A stretch of 59,656 bases of DNA, filler included, from Sanchytrium tribonematis (lineage: Eukaryota): assembly GCA_018985235.1 (NCBI GenBank). It is 5 parts of 5 records of this genome, joined end to end, with 100 filler letters (N's around TTAATTAATTAA, not from the genome) between each part and the next. Parts side by side here need not be neighbours in the genome. Positions count along the whole stretch, not along the records: positions 1 to 6,860 come from JADGIG010000487.1; positions 6,961 to 38,812 come from JADGIG010000047.1; 3 more parts are not named here. The stretch is one strand, 5' to 3'. Both the position numbers and the translations under genes were made by a program. Below, one piece after another: positions 1-12,400 of the stretch (position 1 is the stretch's first letter; every line of letters begins with the position of its first letter). A model generated the notes under the pieces. The model was not told where the DNA came from. It was given only the letters and a program-made list of their open reading frames with translations, and ran no database searches.

Positions 1-219
1 CTTTCTCCAATTTCTTGCTCATCTCAAAGATTTCGACTCAGAAACAGCATTTGTTTTATTTAGCATTTACGAATCTGACATTAAGAAAACACCTAATTCC
101 TACACATCTGACGATTCATCTAATAATATTTTGGATACTTTTGAAATTCCAAGATATTAGACAAGTGGTCTGCGCCGTTAAATGTGTAATTAAGGGATAA
201 AACAAGCTAAGTTTTTAAA

Positions 220-1128
220 ATGGGAGAAATTAAAAATTTGACCTTATCTGATTGTAGACTCTTACAATACACAGAGTCGGGCGTCCTGACTAGCAAAAAA
301 GTAATTGTGTTATTTCATGGGCTATTTTCAGTGGGAGATGCACATGCTCAACACGAGTTTTACAAAAAATTGAATGTCCACTGCATCGCTCAAAATTTGC
401 CAGGTTGGGTACAATCATCACCTTGGCCAAAAAACAAGCCGGTCAAAGAATTTGCGCACGATGTGGATCAAATGTTGAAACATGTCCTTAAGGATGTGAC
501 GAATCACGACATATATGTTATGGGGGGTAGCTATGGCAGTGTCTTCGCTCAGATTGCAGCTGGAAATTTGGAGTATGTAAAACATATGATGATTGTTGGT
601 GGATTTTCATCTTTTTACAGAAACAAAGATTACGCTAAAGGAATGAGTTGGCTAAATTGGATAAGCGTAGGTCCTCCTGGTTATTATTTCACCTTTATTG
701 GGAAAATGATAGCTGCTGGCATAAAAAGTAAGATAAAAACCGAAGAAGGCGCCAGATCAATTATGGAAAAAGCCATGCATCTTAGTGATGAAGACAAGTC
801 TTTATCAAAAGAATGGACCATTCGAACTGGGAAAACATTAGAGGGATTAATTGATAAAATGTCAAAAGATATGATGTTGAGTATGAAGTATACAAATGTT
901 GGTTACCATCAAGTACCAATTTTTATCAACGAAGATTGGGGATTTGACCCAGAAGAAATTAGTTCAAAACACATCAAAATTATATGTGCAAGAAACGATA
1001 AACAAGCCCACATGTCAATGCATGAATGGAATGCCAAGCACTATGAGACTGATCTTGAAATCATTGAAGGCGGTCATCTAGCTGCTGTTTTCACAATTGA
1101 TCAAATGATCGCCGATTTTTTAAAATAA
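220..1128 (+). CDS. Alpha/beta hydrolase fold protein
   Basis: HG oxyanion motif (LFHGLF), nucleophile elbow GGSYG, D in NDKQ, C-terminal GGH. Confidence 0.85.
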   Translation: MGEIKNLTLSDCRLLQYTESGVLTSKKVIVLFHGLFSVGDAHAQHEFYKKLNVHCIAQNLPGWVQSSPWPKNKPVKEFAHDVDQMLKHVLKDVTNHDIYVMGGSYGSVFAQIAAGNLEYVKHMMIVGGFSSFYRNKDYAKGMSWLNWISVGPPGYYFTFIGKMIAAGIKSKIKTEEGARSIMEKAMHLSDEDKSLSKEWTIRTGKTLEGLIDKMSKDMMLSMKYTNVGYHQVPIFINEDWGFDPEEISSKHIKIICARNDKQAHMSMHEWNAKHYETDLEIIEGGHLAAVFTIDQMIADFLK

Positions 1129-1146
1129 ATAATCTTGAAACACAAA

Positions 1147-2331
1147 ATGTTTAAACGACTCGCTTCTAAATTTAATTATAAAGATCCATTATTATTAGAA
1201 AAATTGTTGACATCTGAGGAGCAATTAATTTATGACTCGGCACAGAAATACAAGACAAATTTATTTAAGCGAGTAATTAAAGCAAATAGACACGAAACTT
1301 TTGATGCTTCAATTATGAAAGAAATGGGAGAATTGGGATTCTTAGGGTGTACAATACAAGGATACAATTGCAGTGGAGTAAGCAGCGTGGCGTATGGGTT
1401 GATTGCTAATCAAATAGAATACGTTGATTCTGGTTATAGGTCTGCAATGAGTGTACAAAGTAGTTTAGTAATGCATCCAATCCATGAATTTGGGTCAGAA
1501 CAACTGAAAGAAAGATATTTGCCAAAATTAGCTAGCGGCGAATTAATAGGGTGTTTTGGGTTAACTGAGCCAGATCACGGAAGTGATCCCAGCAGCATGA
1601 AAACAACGGCGAAAAAAACAAAAGATGGATTTGTATTAAACGGAAGTAAAAATTGGATAACCAATTCACCAATTGCAAATTTGTGCGTGGTTTGGGCTAA
1701 TTGCGAATGGGACAATAAAATTAGGGGCTTTGTGGTGGAAAGAAATGACCAAGGACTCACTACTCCAAAAATTGAAGGGAAATTTTCATTGCGTGCTAGT
1801 GTAACTGGAATGATTATGCTTGATAATTGCCACATTCCAAAAGATAGAATTTTGAATGTAGAAGGATTGAAAGGGCCATTTTCATGTCTGAATAATGCAA
1901 GATTTGGTATTGCATGGGGTGCTCTTGGTGCCGCACAAGCTTGCGTGGATACCACCAGAGATTATCTTTTGACTAGAAAACAATTCGGAGTACCACTCGC
2001 TTCATTTCAATTAATTCAAAAGAAATTGGCAGATGCAGTTACTGAAATTACCATTGGATTACAAGCCTGCCATCGTGGTGCACAATTGAAGGATAAAAAA
2101 GACCTTCCTATTGAAACAATTAGTTTGTTAAAGAGAAATTCTTGTGGAAAAGCATTACAAATTTCTAGAGACTGCCGAGATATGTTGGGGGGAAATGGCA
2201 TTAGCGATGAATACCACGTGATTCGTCACGTTATGAACTTGGAAGCAGTTAACACATACGAAGGCACTCACGATATTCATGCTTTGATTCTAGGCAGAGG
2301 TATAACTGGAATTCAAGCTTTTAGTAAATAA
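1147..2331 (+). CDS. GCDH: Glutaryl-CoA dehydrogenase, mitochondrial
   Basis: Acyl-CoA DH motifs [49 protein letters not shown] at 1147 with basic presequence. Confidence 0.95.
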   Translation: MFKRLASKFNYKDPLLLEKLLTSEEQLIYDSAQKYKTNLFKRVIKANRHETFDASIMKEMGELGFLGCTIQGYNCSGVSSVAYGLIANQIEYVDSGYRSAMSVQSSLVMHPIHEFGSEQLKERYLPKLASGELIGCFGLTEPDHGSDPSSMKTTAKKTKDGFVLNGSKNWITNSPIANLCVVWANCEWDNKIRGFVVERNDQGLTTPKIEGKFSLRASVTGMIMLDNCHIPKDRILNVEGLKGPFSCLNNARFGIAWGALGAAQACVDTTRDYLLTRKQFGVPLASFQLIQKKLADAVTEITIGLQACHRGAQLKDKKDLPIETISLLKRNSCGKALQISRDCRDMLGGNGISDEYHVIRHVMNLEAVNTYEGTHDIHALILGRGITGIQAFSK

Positions 2332-2349
2332 CTTTTTTCAATTCGTAAC

Positions 2350-4243
2350 ATGGAGAGTCAACAGCAAAAACCAGTTTCTTTTACCATTGAAAACACACCC
2401 AAAGGAGATAAGAAAGGTACATTCGGGCAGGGTTTTGGTCAAACTGGCACTACCAATGCACCTAGTACATTCAAATTTGGTGATCCTGCGGCTGGCAATA
2501 CCATAAATACAGGTAATGAGCCATCTAAATTTTCAATTACTAATCCCGGTACACAGCCATCCGTTGGCACAAACAATACTAGTGGATTCGCTCAGACACA
2601 ACCTTCTCAAAATAATTTTGGATTTGGACAGGTAAATAATCCACCTGCTTTTGGCCAATCTAACAATACAAGTACTCCAGCATTTGGGCAAACAAACACT
2701 TCTGCCGCGTCCACATTTGGTCAAAATAATAGTACAAATCCAACTAGTCAGCCTCCAAGTTTTTCTTTTGGACAAGGACAGGTTACTGGGAATAGCCAGC
2801 CAACTACAAACTCGACCAGTGGATTTGGTTTAAATCAATCAAAACCCTCCTTTGCAGTGAACACAAATACCACCAACCAATCTTCTGTAGGACAAACTAG
2901 CAACACTAGTGGTAGTTTTAGTTTTGGAAAAAATTCAACATCTAGTGCGCCTCAAACCGCCCCTCCAACCCTTTCGACAAATCTTTCGTTTAGCAAACCG
3001 GGAGAGCAAGCTACAGCCCAAACAATAAAGCCCTCCACTGGGTTTAATTTTGCTCAGCCTTCAGCCTCTTCCAATCAACCAAACTCTGCGTTTACTGACT
3101 CCACCAAATTACATGATCCTCCCAAACCAACCACATTTCAGTTTAACACTAGCGGAACAAACAAAACAGAAACAAATTCAAAACCAGGCGCATTTCAATT
3201 TAATACGACCAGCGCATCGCAACCCTCAACTGATGCTCCAAAAACTACAGGATTTAGCCTTGGTGGTAATGCGGGTACTGGTTTTAAACTTAATATGCCA
3301 ACCTCAAGTAATAGCGCTACTCAACCAAAAACTACGGATTCTACAACCCCTGCACCCACTAGTTTTGGTTTCAACGTTGGTATTAAGCCCACACAACCGT
3401 CTCAATCTGCTCCCGATACGACTCAGCCTACCACAGCTGGATTTAAATTGAATACATCTACGGCTCCTGTATCCGGTGCTGCAAATACTAACAAAAAGGT
3501 AAGTTTCGCGCCAGACACGAAGACATCGGCTCAAATTGACACCCCACTTCATCCTAATCAACTGAATACTCCACAGCCTTTGAATCAACAAGGAATGAAC
3601 AATATGGCTCAAGTTATGAATACAACAAGCCATCTTGAAAAAAGTACTTTGGACCAAATATTACAGAAATGGACACATGATTTAAATGTTCATAAACAGC
3701 AATTTCACTCTACTTGCGAGCAGATTAGGCAACATGATCAACAGCTTATACAGAATCACAAAAGTTTATATGATCTCAACAAATCCCTCAAATCAAGCCA
3801 CAATTTAAAGGGAAAGATTGAAATGGACTTAGAGTACTTAGAAGGAGAGCAAATGGCCTTAATGAAGCAAATTGATCAATATGATCAATTGCTTGTTGAC
3901 TTACTCAAAAAAGACGGTATTCAGCTTGACGCGGAAATAACTGGAAATGCTAGTCAAGGAGATACTCAACGCTTTCAAGGTTTATTACAAGTTCAAAGCA
4001 CAATACACAAATTGAATGAATTAGATACAGAAACTGAACAATTAATGAAGCAAGTCAATACCGTAGATGAAAAAGATCCTGTATTTTGAACTTATTTAGA
4101 TGAAATTAATATTGTCTATATTGAGCGAGCATCTGAACAGCCTCCAAGACCTAGATAAGCAGTGTCACGAGTTGGACAAATCTGTAAAAGATATTAAACT
4201 ACTGCAACAAAAGGTTAATTATCGTGATGCCGAGATGTTTTAG
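2350..4243 (+). CDS. NSP1: FG nucleoporin Nsp1/Nup62; exons 2350-4080 and 4100-4243
   Basis: FG/FxFG repeats then coiled coil (LDQILQKW); splicing gives DP-MKLILSILSEHLNSLQDLD, the expected Nsp1 C-terminal helix. Confidence 0.9.
4081..4099 (+). other. 19-nt spliceosomal intron GTATTTTGAACTTATTTAG
   Basis: GT-AG; removal restores the Nsp1 C-terminus. Confidence 0.9.
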
Positions 4244-4437
4244 TTTATTTAATAAATACTTGCTTTCACTAGAAAGGCTCTCGGATTTTGGCATTCAGAT
4301 ATGAATATTAAAGTAGGATCCACCATTATTAACCACCGCGTTGAGGATCTTTAGATTACCCCTTTATAAACTTTTGAAATTTTGCTTCAAAATAATGGGA
4401 ATCAACGTGAAACGCAAAGTATTCACTTTTAGTTTCC

Positions 4438-4887
4438 ATGACATTAGATATCGAGCTACCATCTTTAAAAGCGGTTTTGAACCACGCCAAAATCGATTTG
4501 AGATTACAGATACCTCCCAAATTTATTAAGAAAGAGGCAATTCATCACCCAATTAAAACTCATGAGAAGCTAAGAAAAGTACTGCTTAGCCATTCTGCTA
4601 TATCCCCTGAAAATTTCAATGCTGAACAATTTGACATAGAGAGTATAGAAAGTGAAAAGTCAGCTCAAGAAAATAGCACCCAGTGTTCCATCTGCTCGAA
4701 AATATTCAAAAATGTTTCTGTTATGAAAAAACATTTGACTAGCGTGCACGGACCGAAGTTGCCATGTGAATATTGTGGCAAAATGTTGAAAGTACATGGC
4801 AGAAAAGATGTCATGAGACAGCATGTGAGCAGGTGTCAAAAATATAGACGGTTGCAAAATCTCAAGGAATATAATCAAACAATTTAA
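4438..4887 (+). CDS. C2H2-type zinc finger protein
   Basis: CSICSKIF...HLTSVH and CEYC...HVSRC. Confidence 0.8.
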   Translation: MTLDIELPSLKAVLNHAKIDLRLQIPPKFIKKEAIHHPIKTHEKLRKVLLSHSAISPENFNAEQFDIESIESEKSAQENSTQCSICSKIFKNVSVMKKHLTSVHGPKLPCEYCGKMLKVHGRKDVMRQHVSRCQKYRRLQNLKEYNQTI

Positions 4888-4937
4888 TTAATCACAAGCC
4901 GCAATAAGTAAATACTGCTAATTGCTATCAATCAGAT

Positions 4938-5399
4938 TTAAATCCGCTTCTGCCTTTTTTTCCGGAAAGCCTCGCGCAATAAGGCTTCTTCTTTTTTGCG
5001 GTCCTCATCAATTGTATCATCTTTGATTAAAGCTTTAGCTTGTGGAGGTTTAGGTAACTTTTTTTCTTTTTTTTCGGGTTCTTTTGGTGCTTTTCGAATT
5101 TGATCCAACAATTTCATTGTTTTACCACTTACTTTATTTTGGGTCCTCAATTTATCTGTGTTTTCTGAAGACTTCATCTTTGAACCTTCCTTTTTTAGCT
5201 GCGCAATAAATCCGCCTTTCCCGCCCAGCAATTTTCCAGAAATTGATATATGTTGGCGATCTTGATATTTTGCTGAAATAGGTGTGCTGTCGTCACGCTG
5301 TAAATTAAAAATTGAGTATAATTGTTTAATCGTCGTAAAATTTGGTAAATTCAGCGTATAAACATTATGATTAATATGTAAATGAATAAAGAGTTTCAT
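4938..5399 (-). CDS. SDE2: Sde2-like ubiquitin-fold splicing factor precursor (short, 153 aa)
   Basis: Ubiquitin-like N-terminus followed by LLGG-KGGF cleavage signature; ATG at 5399. Confidence 0.8.
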   Translation of the reverse strand: MKLFIHLHINHNVYTLNLPNFTTIKQLYSIFNLQRDDSTPISAKYQDRQHISISGKLLGGKGGFIAQLKKEGSKMKSSENTDKLRTQNKVSGKTMKLLDQIRKAPKEPEKKEKKLPKPPQAKALIKDDTIDEDRKKEEALLREAFRKKRQKRI

Positions 5400-5456
5400 G
5401 GAGAACTTTCCCAGTGTAAGTTTGGGCTCTGTTAAACGCAAATTAATTTATTAGCG

Positions 5457-5882
5457 TCAATATTTATGAAATTTAATCCGCCCAGTTTCCTCGTCTTCCA
5501 GTTCACCTTTAAATCTTACATCTGGGTTGCTAGCCGTCCAATATCTTAATCTCCAAAGGGAAGAGTTGGGAACTCTTGTCATTACAACTTTCATACTCAA
5601 TTCATCATCGTCGCCCTTAACCTTGAAATCAACATCGTAAATTCCTTTGACGCTGTTAACAACGCCATCAACCCAAGGAAATAACCATCCTCCAATTCTA
5701 ATATTTTTACCTAAAACATTTTTCAATTCTTCATCATTTTTTATTGCCAACATAACGCTATTAGTCAGTGAACTCTCCGCTCTTTGTTGGTTTCTAAAGT
5801 AAAGAGTGCTGAAATATAATGTTCCTGTTGCTGTAGGAAATACGATATACCAATATGGAAACAACCTACTAGCAAAAGACAT
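5457..5882 (-). CDS. COA1: Cytochrome c oxidase assembly factor Coa1/Tim21-like
   Basis: N-terminal TM then IKNDEELKNVLG...WVDGVVNSVKGIYDVDFKVKG pattern. Confidence 0.7.
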   Translation of the reverse strand: MSFASRLFPYWYIVFPTATGTLYFSTLYFRNQQRAESSLTNSVMLAIKNDEELKNVLGKNIRIGGWLFPWVDGVVNSVKGIYDVDFKVKGDDDELSMKVVMTRVPNSSLWRLRYWTASNPDVRFKGELEDEETGRIKFHKY

Positions 5883-6262
5883 CCGTGTATCACAACTGGA
5901 ATCTTATGAATATTTTCCCAATGCTTAAACCCATACTACATTGGATTAATACTTTGGTCATTCAATAATTACAAAGATGGTTAACATAAATTATGATTAA
6001 AAATATAAATTAAAATCAAGTCATTATGTAGGTGGTAAAATAATTGCATTAATTTACTCTTTCAATGACAATTTGAGAATTTTTCTAGAAAAATGCACAA
6101 TTTTTTTTCCCGAAAGTGGTGGCCGTTAATATGAAATGCGGGTGAATAATATCAAATAGAGGCGACGATTTCGGGTGTCCTTTCCAATTAAGTAACGATC
6201 TACTTTAGACCTGCCATTTTATGGTATAAATTAAGAAGCTGCCCTATATTTATGCAAGAACA

Positions 6263-6538
6263 ATGAATAGACAACGCCAAATTTGGCCTTCCACAATGAG
6301 GGGCAATTTAGACCATACTTGGCCTGAAGTATTTGATTTGGAAGCTGTATTGTACGCACAGGATCAAATTCTGAAATCCTTGCCGAAGCCTATATTCCCC
6401 AAGCAATTGACTCCTGCCCAAGCCAATCTTGAGTCTGTGAGATTAATGAAGCGCCAATTCGGATTTCATGGAAGAAAGACTTCTCATTGCCCAGGTTGTG
6501 GCTGGTGCGGTAGTTCTACTTCTTCCTCTAAATCTTAA
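6263..6538 (+). CDS. Hypothetical small protein, C-terminal HCxxCxxC
   Basis: ATG-started 91-aa ORF with an upstream TATA-like sequence; no family recognised. Confidence 0.4.
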   Translation: MNRQRQIWPSTMRGNLDHTWPEVFDLEAVLYAQDQILKSLPKPIFPKQLTPAQANLESVRLMKRQFGFHGRKTSHCPGCGWCGSSTSSSKS

Positions 6539-6756
6539 CACATTAAAGGTTCTTTATAGATATTATAGAAAGTAAATTACATTATATTAATTCCATTGAA
6601 TCCGAAGTTCTTAAGATTACAATTTGATCTGAAAACCAAACCCATCATGGCTATGGCGAAATCGAATGATTTCTATGGTCCCGTATCACCATATTGCCGA
6701 ATTAACAGGAGCTCAGACAAATTCGTAGAAAAGGGAAGAAACGGTTTTAAGTCATA

Positions 6757-6860
6757 ATGAGTGCCCAAACAGAGAGTAATAACGAAAATAAAGAGTGGCT
6801 GCCGTCCTTAAGTATAGTGTTAAACCACGCAAATATAGACTATAATATTCGATCCCAGCC
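6757..6860 (+). CDS. 5' fragment of a paralog of the zinc finger gene at 4438 (truncated at contig end)
   Basis: MSAQTESNNENKEWLPSLSIVLNHANIDYN vs LPSLKAVLNHAKIDL. Confidence 0.6.
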
Positions 6861-6960
6861 NNNNNNNNNNNNNNNNNNNNNNNNNNNNNNNNNNNNNNNN
6901 NNNNTTAATTAATTAANNNNNNNNNNNNNNNNNNNNNNNNNNNNNNNNNNNNNNNNNNNN
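6861..6960. other. Artificial contig linker
   Basis: 44N-TTAATTAATTAA-44N, stops in all six frames. Confidence 0.98.
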
Positions 6961-9260
6961 AATCCCCTCGTGACCCCTCGTGACCCCCTTGGGTCTACAG
7001 GGTCAAAACTGCTCCCGTCGGAGTATAACCTACAACAGATTCCGTTATAGTTTAATGTACAAATACATTGGTCATCACTGACACAGATTCCATGATCTAA
7101 ATTGCAACCCTTGGAGCAAATTGGGGACCTACAATTGGGAAGGTTTTCTGAACCAGCATTAATTTGACCAGTGGGACACTCAAGTATAGTCAAGGGTATT
7201 TCACAATATATTGAAGACTGGAAATTTGTTCTACTTGAATTAACCTTAATAATGTGTTTTCCAAATTCTGCCAAGATTTTAGGTTTAGCAAGTATGAATG
7301 GTTTGTTGATTAATGGAAAAATGGTTTCTCCCTGGAATGTCACATTTTCGGGTTCTTTGCTAAAAGGCGAGACCACTTCGAGTTTGGCAAGAAATACCGT
7401 TGAAATATCAGACACCAAGAAACTTGGTTGCCCGTAAAAATCTGATAAGGTGAATTGAATCGAAGGCAAATATTGTCCCGCGATTATAGATATTTCTGAG
7501 ACATTTGAGAGTATTTTAAATGGTGGAGATGCAAAAATATCGCCTTGAATCGCTTTCGTATTTTCAAAGTAATTATATTTCATTATGCGTCGGTAATCAG
7601 ATATGTCGCTGTCATACAAAACTGCGCCTCTTTGGGATTGAACAGATCGAAAATTGTTTCCAATAAATTTAAAATCCTTACTTTTCAAGAAAAATACTCC
7701 ACCATTTGACGTGCTGTTGATATTGGTGAAATTTGAATGAAAGACTTCTCCAGAACCGCTTGCTTGTAAGACACTGCCATCTACACCTTGAATATTTTGA
7801 AAATTGCAGAAGTTTATAAGTAGAGCGCCATCTGATATCATTAGGGATGTCCCCTCAATATGATTGAATTGAGTTCTTGTTATATTAAAGTGATCACGTA
7901 TCAAGAACAAAGACCCGGCGATATTTTTAAAATCAGAATCGCTTATGGTTACGTTCCCTAAGCTTTGTGATATCAAAAAACTATTTGATAAGTTTATCTT
8001 TTGAAAAATGCACTTTTGAATATCAAAAATCACCTTTTCTATACCGTCCAATTGAAAGAATGATTTTTCTGATTGAAAGGAATCAGTGACGTCACGGAAT
8101 TCAGAATTTGACAACGATGCAGTTGAGCCTAAAAATCTTGTAAATGGAGACGGCCCATTGCCATAATATAGCGATCGATCATATGAAAATTTAGTTCCAT
8201 AGTCTGAGAACAGAAAATAGGCACCGAAAAAATTTGAGTGTAGTTGACAATTATTAATTCGAATTTCACTAGAGCCGCTATTGTAAATAGCGCTGGAAAA
8301 TGCCCAAGAATTGGAATAGATCAAACTATTTTTGATGATAGTCAGGCTGTTAGAAAAGGCCCCGAGAAACCATCCATCGCTATTTTTGAAAATATAGGAA
8401 TTAGCCAAAACCAATGTACTACTTTGGGAAATTTGAATCATCCTGATACCATTATTGGAATGCTCTGAGACGGAGCAATTTACGAATTGCAGATCGCTTG
8501 TACTTGATAGACTAACAATACTTATCAGACTACCAGTATTATTTCGAATAATTGAGTTTTTCAAGAATCCGCTTGATTGCAGCATCTGAAGTAGCCCAGT
8601 TCTTCCTCCATCATTGTTTTGAAAAGTAGAAGACGCAATCTCAATTGTAGTCGCTGTATACATTCCAAATGAAGAGTCTTGAGAAGATGGAGAAACTGAA
8701 TTTTGCTCAAAATCAACCAAATTAAGTGCAAGATAACAACCATTCATTACCGAAAAAGTGCCAATATTGTTTGCAATTATCGTGCTGAGCATTTCGACTG
8801 TGCTACTCTTACAGTCTACAAACTGATTATTCATAATTTTGTTTCTTGTAAATAACACCAGATTTAAACTTAATTGGGACGAATCATTGATTGTAAAACC
8901 TAATGTGTTATTGCTAATATTGCAGATCTGAAAAGCAATATTGGTTGATACGGCGCTAAAATAAATACTCGACTCAGAGAAATTTGAATTTAAAAAAGAA
9001 ATACTGCCTCCATTTGATTGTATCGAAAAATTGCTCCTAACGATCGCAATTTTATCTAGTTTAAAATACTGCGCTGTTTTGATAACACCAATCCATTTAA
9101 TAGTCGCAGGTCCTACTAATTCTAATTGATCAATATTTAAGCTTTCCTCAATCTCATAAATTATATTATTAGAAAGCTGTATTTTATTTTGGGATCGTGA
9201 TCTTAGTTTTTGAACCAAATCAGAGTTAGTTAATATTCCATATACGAGTGTCAGTAACAT
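6961..9260 (-). CDS. Secreted/membrane beta-helix (pectin lyase-like, GGA-repeat) protein with EGF domain; 3' truncated
   Basis: Signal peptide, N/S/F-rich repeats, NGGVFF/RGAVLY motifs, CSKGCNLDHGICVSDDQCIC; paralog of 9410 gene. Confidence 0.75.
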
Positions 9261-9409
9261 TTGGCCTACTTTCGTTTTTACGAAATTTGGTTTTCACAAG
9301 ATCATCATCCAGACGAAACTCAAAGAGTACAGCATTGCTTGCACTATGTGGATTACAATTAATTAAAAGTGAGATTCATAATTGGAGTTAATGTATTAGG
9401 CCAGAAACA

Positions 9410-12400
9410 ATGTCAATCAATTTGATCATCTATATAATATTTGGACAGATTCAAGACTCGTTAGGAAGAAAATTTAATAGCTTACAGCAAGCCATCGAAT
9501 CAAGAGCAGAAAATTTGTTTTTTATGTCTAAAATAATAGGCAATTGTGACACTTTCATAAATTTTCCTGTAAATATTGTTGGAAATACGCACCAGCTCAA
9601 GTGCGTCGATTCGGGACAAGTGAAATCTAACAATAACCTAAATATCTCTGGACTGGAAATTGTTAATCTCAAAATGGAGTTATCAGGAAACGGGTTTTTA
9701 AAAATCGAAGACAGCAATTTTATTGGAAAATCATCTTTCTCATTTGACGAAAATTCTGCAGCATTTATTAATAACGTTACAATAATCGATTCAAGCATCA
9801 ATTTAGTTGCAGCAAAAATGACCAACTTGCAAATCTCAAATATCGTAGAAGTGAATTCGCAAACATTGTTGATTAGTTCAGATGATTCAAAAATAGCTAT
9901 TCGTGAATGGTCTAGAAAATTTTGCACCGGAAACCTGTTTGAATCAAAAGATAGCTCCTTTATATCAATTTATGGACTAACTTTAGAAAATATGTCATGT
10001 ACTTCGAATAGTGGCAATACTTTAATTGGGACATCCAGGGATACTAGTAATTTTGATATAAAAAATTTAAAAGCGACTAAAATTGATGCATCGGATTGTT
10101 CCATCGCCTTTTTTTCACTTACTTCTAATTCGGCTGGTGCCTTGCAAGATGCAAGTATTGTAGATTCCGTAGGCAGATTTTTATACATGGATGACAACAG
10201 CTATTTGGAATTGAATAACTGTACCATCATTAATCTTTCAGAGTCTAAGAATGAGTATTTAATTTATATGCGAGGCTCTTCCATAATGACAATATACAAA
10301 TCTAAATTTGACTCGACACTTGGAGCGATTTTAATAACAGAATATTCTTCATTAATTGTTAACAGCACCCAAATGTTAAATATGAGAGGAACTGAATCTC
10401 GTAAATATGTGTTCTCCAATTTCGAATTTTCTAAACTTCAATTTAATGAAGTAGGAGTCTTCTACACACAAATGGTGTTGAATTTTGATAACTTTTTGAT
10501 ATCCAGAGGCTCTTCTTATACAAGTTTTAGCAATAGCATTATAACTGGAATGGACTGCACTCAAGTGTGCTTGGATATACAATCAAATTCGCAGCTGCAA
10601 ATATCTGGGAGCTCTTTCGAGGCACTAAAATTCAAAACTTTCACACGGCTATCTGGACCTTATACGCGTACACTGAATATAAGTGGTAATACATACCAGA
10701 GTCTTGATGGAGATAATTTCTATGACGTTTCCAATTCAAAAATATTTTCAGAAAACGAATTTATTAATAGTGCAAAAGTATTCGCATTCTTCAAAATATC
10801 GCAAAATTCCCAGTTTTTTGGTTTGAATCTGACATCTGAATTAGTGGGAACGGAAACTTCCATAGGCTCTGTTATCAATTCTGACAAATCTTTTATTGAG
10901 TTGATTCGATCAAACTTTACAAATAATGAAGCTTTGATAGGAGGAGTATTATTTAGCGTGTTATCTAATTTGAGCTTGCTAAATTGTGAATTTATTTCCA
11001 ATAAAGTTAATGGGGATGGAGGAGCTTTGTATCTGGATGAAAACACGAACTTTTATTCTAATTTGACAAATTTTAAAGGAAATACCGCTTCTCGTGGCGG
11101 AGCCATTTATTTGAATAATACCGAATTACCAAATTCAGACTTTCCTTTTTTTAATAACTCTGCTTTGCAAGGAAATAATATTGCAAGTAGCCCCAAGTAT
11201 TTTCAAATGAGTTTGACTAGAGGAAGAACTATAAATGCGACCATAAAAATTACAGACTTATATAAACAACCAATTGTTGTTCAGTCTTGGGATCCTATAA
11301 TATTATTATCCTTAAAAAGTGAAACCCTAAAATTTTTTGGTCAAATATTGATTCCAGTTACGTCTTCAGAAATTAAACTTAATAATATTCAAGTTTCTGG
11401 AAAGTTGGGTCAGGGAGAAATTCAATTGATAGAAGTTGAGGATGTTGTGAAATTTAATGGTAAAATATTAACTACAGCCAACATTGAAATTGAACCCTGT
11501 CAGTCAGACGAAATAGAAATAACGAATAATGAAATGTATGAGTGTGTAAAAAGTTTTTTATGCTAATGTAGAAATTTGTGAACAAGGCTGTTTGCATGGA
11601 ACATGCTTGGGAAACAATAATTGCAAATGTTTTAAAGAATTTGAAGGTGATGACTGCTCTTTAAGTAACAATCCTGACTACATCGAGGTTAAACTAAATC
11701 ACACTATACCTAACTTATCTTCGAGGCAATTATTTGTAAACTCGATCCAAGATTGGCCAAATTTTAGTAACGCTGAATTTCGGTCCATCGCATTTCGGGA
11801 CCATACTACCATCGTGAAGATGTGCTTGAAAAAAAACAAGTTTAATAATTTTTACGTTGCATTTGATGATTTAACTACTGCCTCGGATGAAAGTCGTTCT
11901 AGATATAATTCTCTTGACGTGATCTCAATTTCTCCGTATTCAGTTACTAGTAATCGTGTACCATTGAACTCAAATTCAATTACTCTAATGGTGCTTAATA
12001 TACTTGTTTCAATTATTGGTCTGGTTCTCTTTTTGTTCCTTTATAGGCAGCGAAATCATTTGGTTTTTAAAACTTCACCCTCTTGGTTATATGGGAATTA
12101 CTTATTTGTTGCTATTTGTATGGCCATGGCCTCCATATTACTATCAGTGGGCTATGTTAAGCTCATGTGCGCTCTTGAGAGTATTTTGTGGGGTATTTGC
12201 ATTACAATACTGACTTTGACTCATTTCTTACATGCAATGGAATTTTATTATCGAAACCAGAATTTAAAATCTTGTGAGCGACCATTTTATCGTCAAAATG
12301 TCAAATTGTATATAATTGTTGGTTGTTTAGCTCTATTTTCTATCACATTTCAAATTTTATTTCACACTATAAAGCGAAATGGAATTATCATTAATGACGA

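Noticed and set aside
6861..6960. TTAATTAATTAA palindrome within N runs (four copies)
   Set aside because: Identical artificial spacer between contigs, not biological; ORF ends running into it are artefacts.
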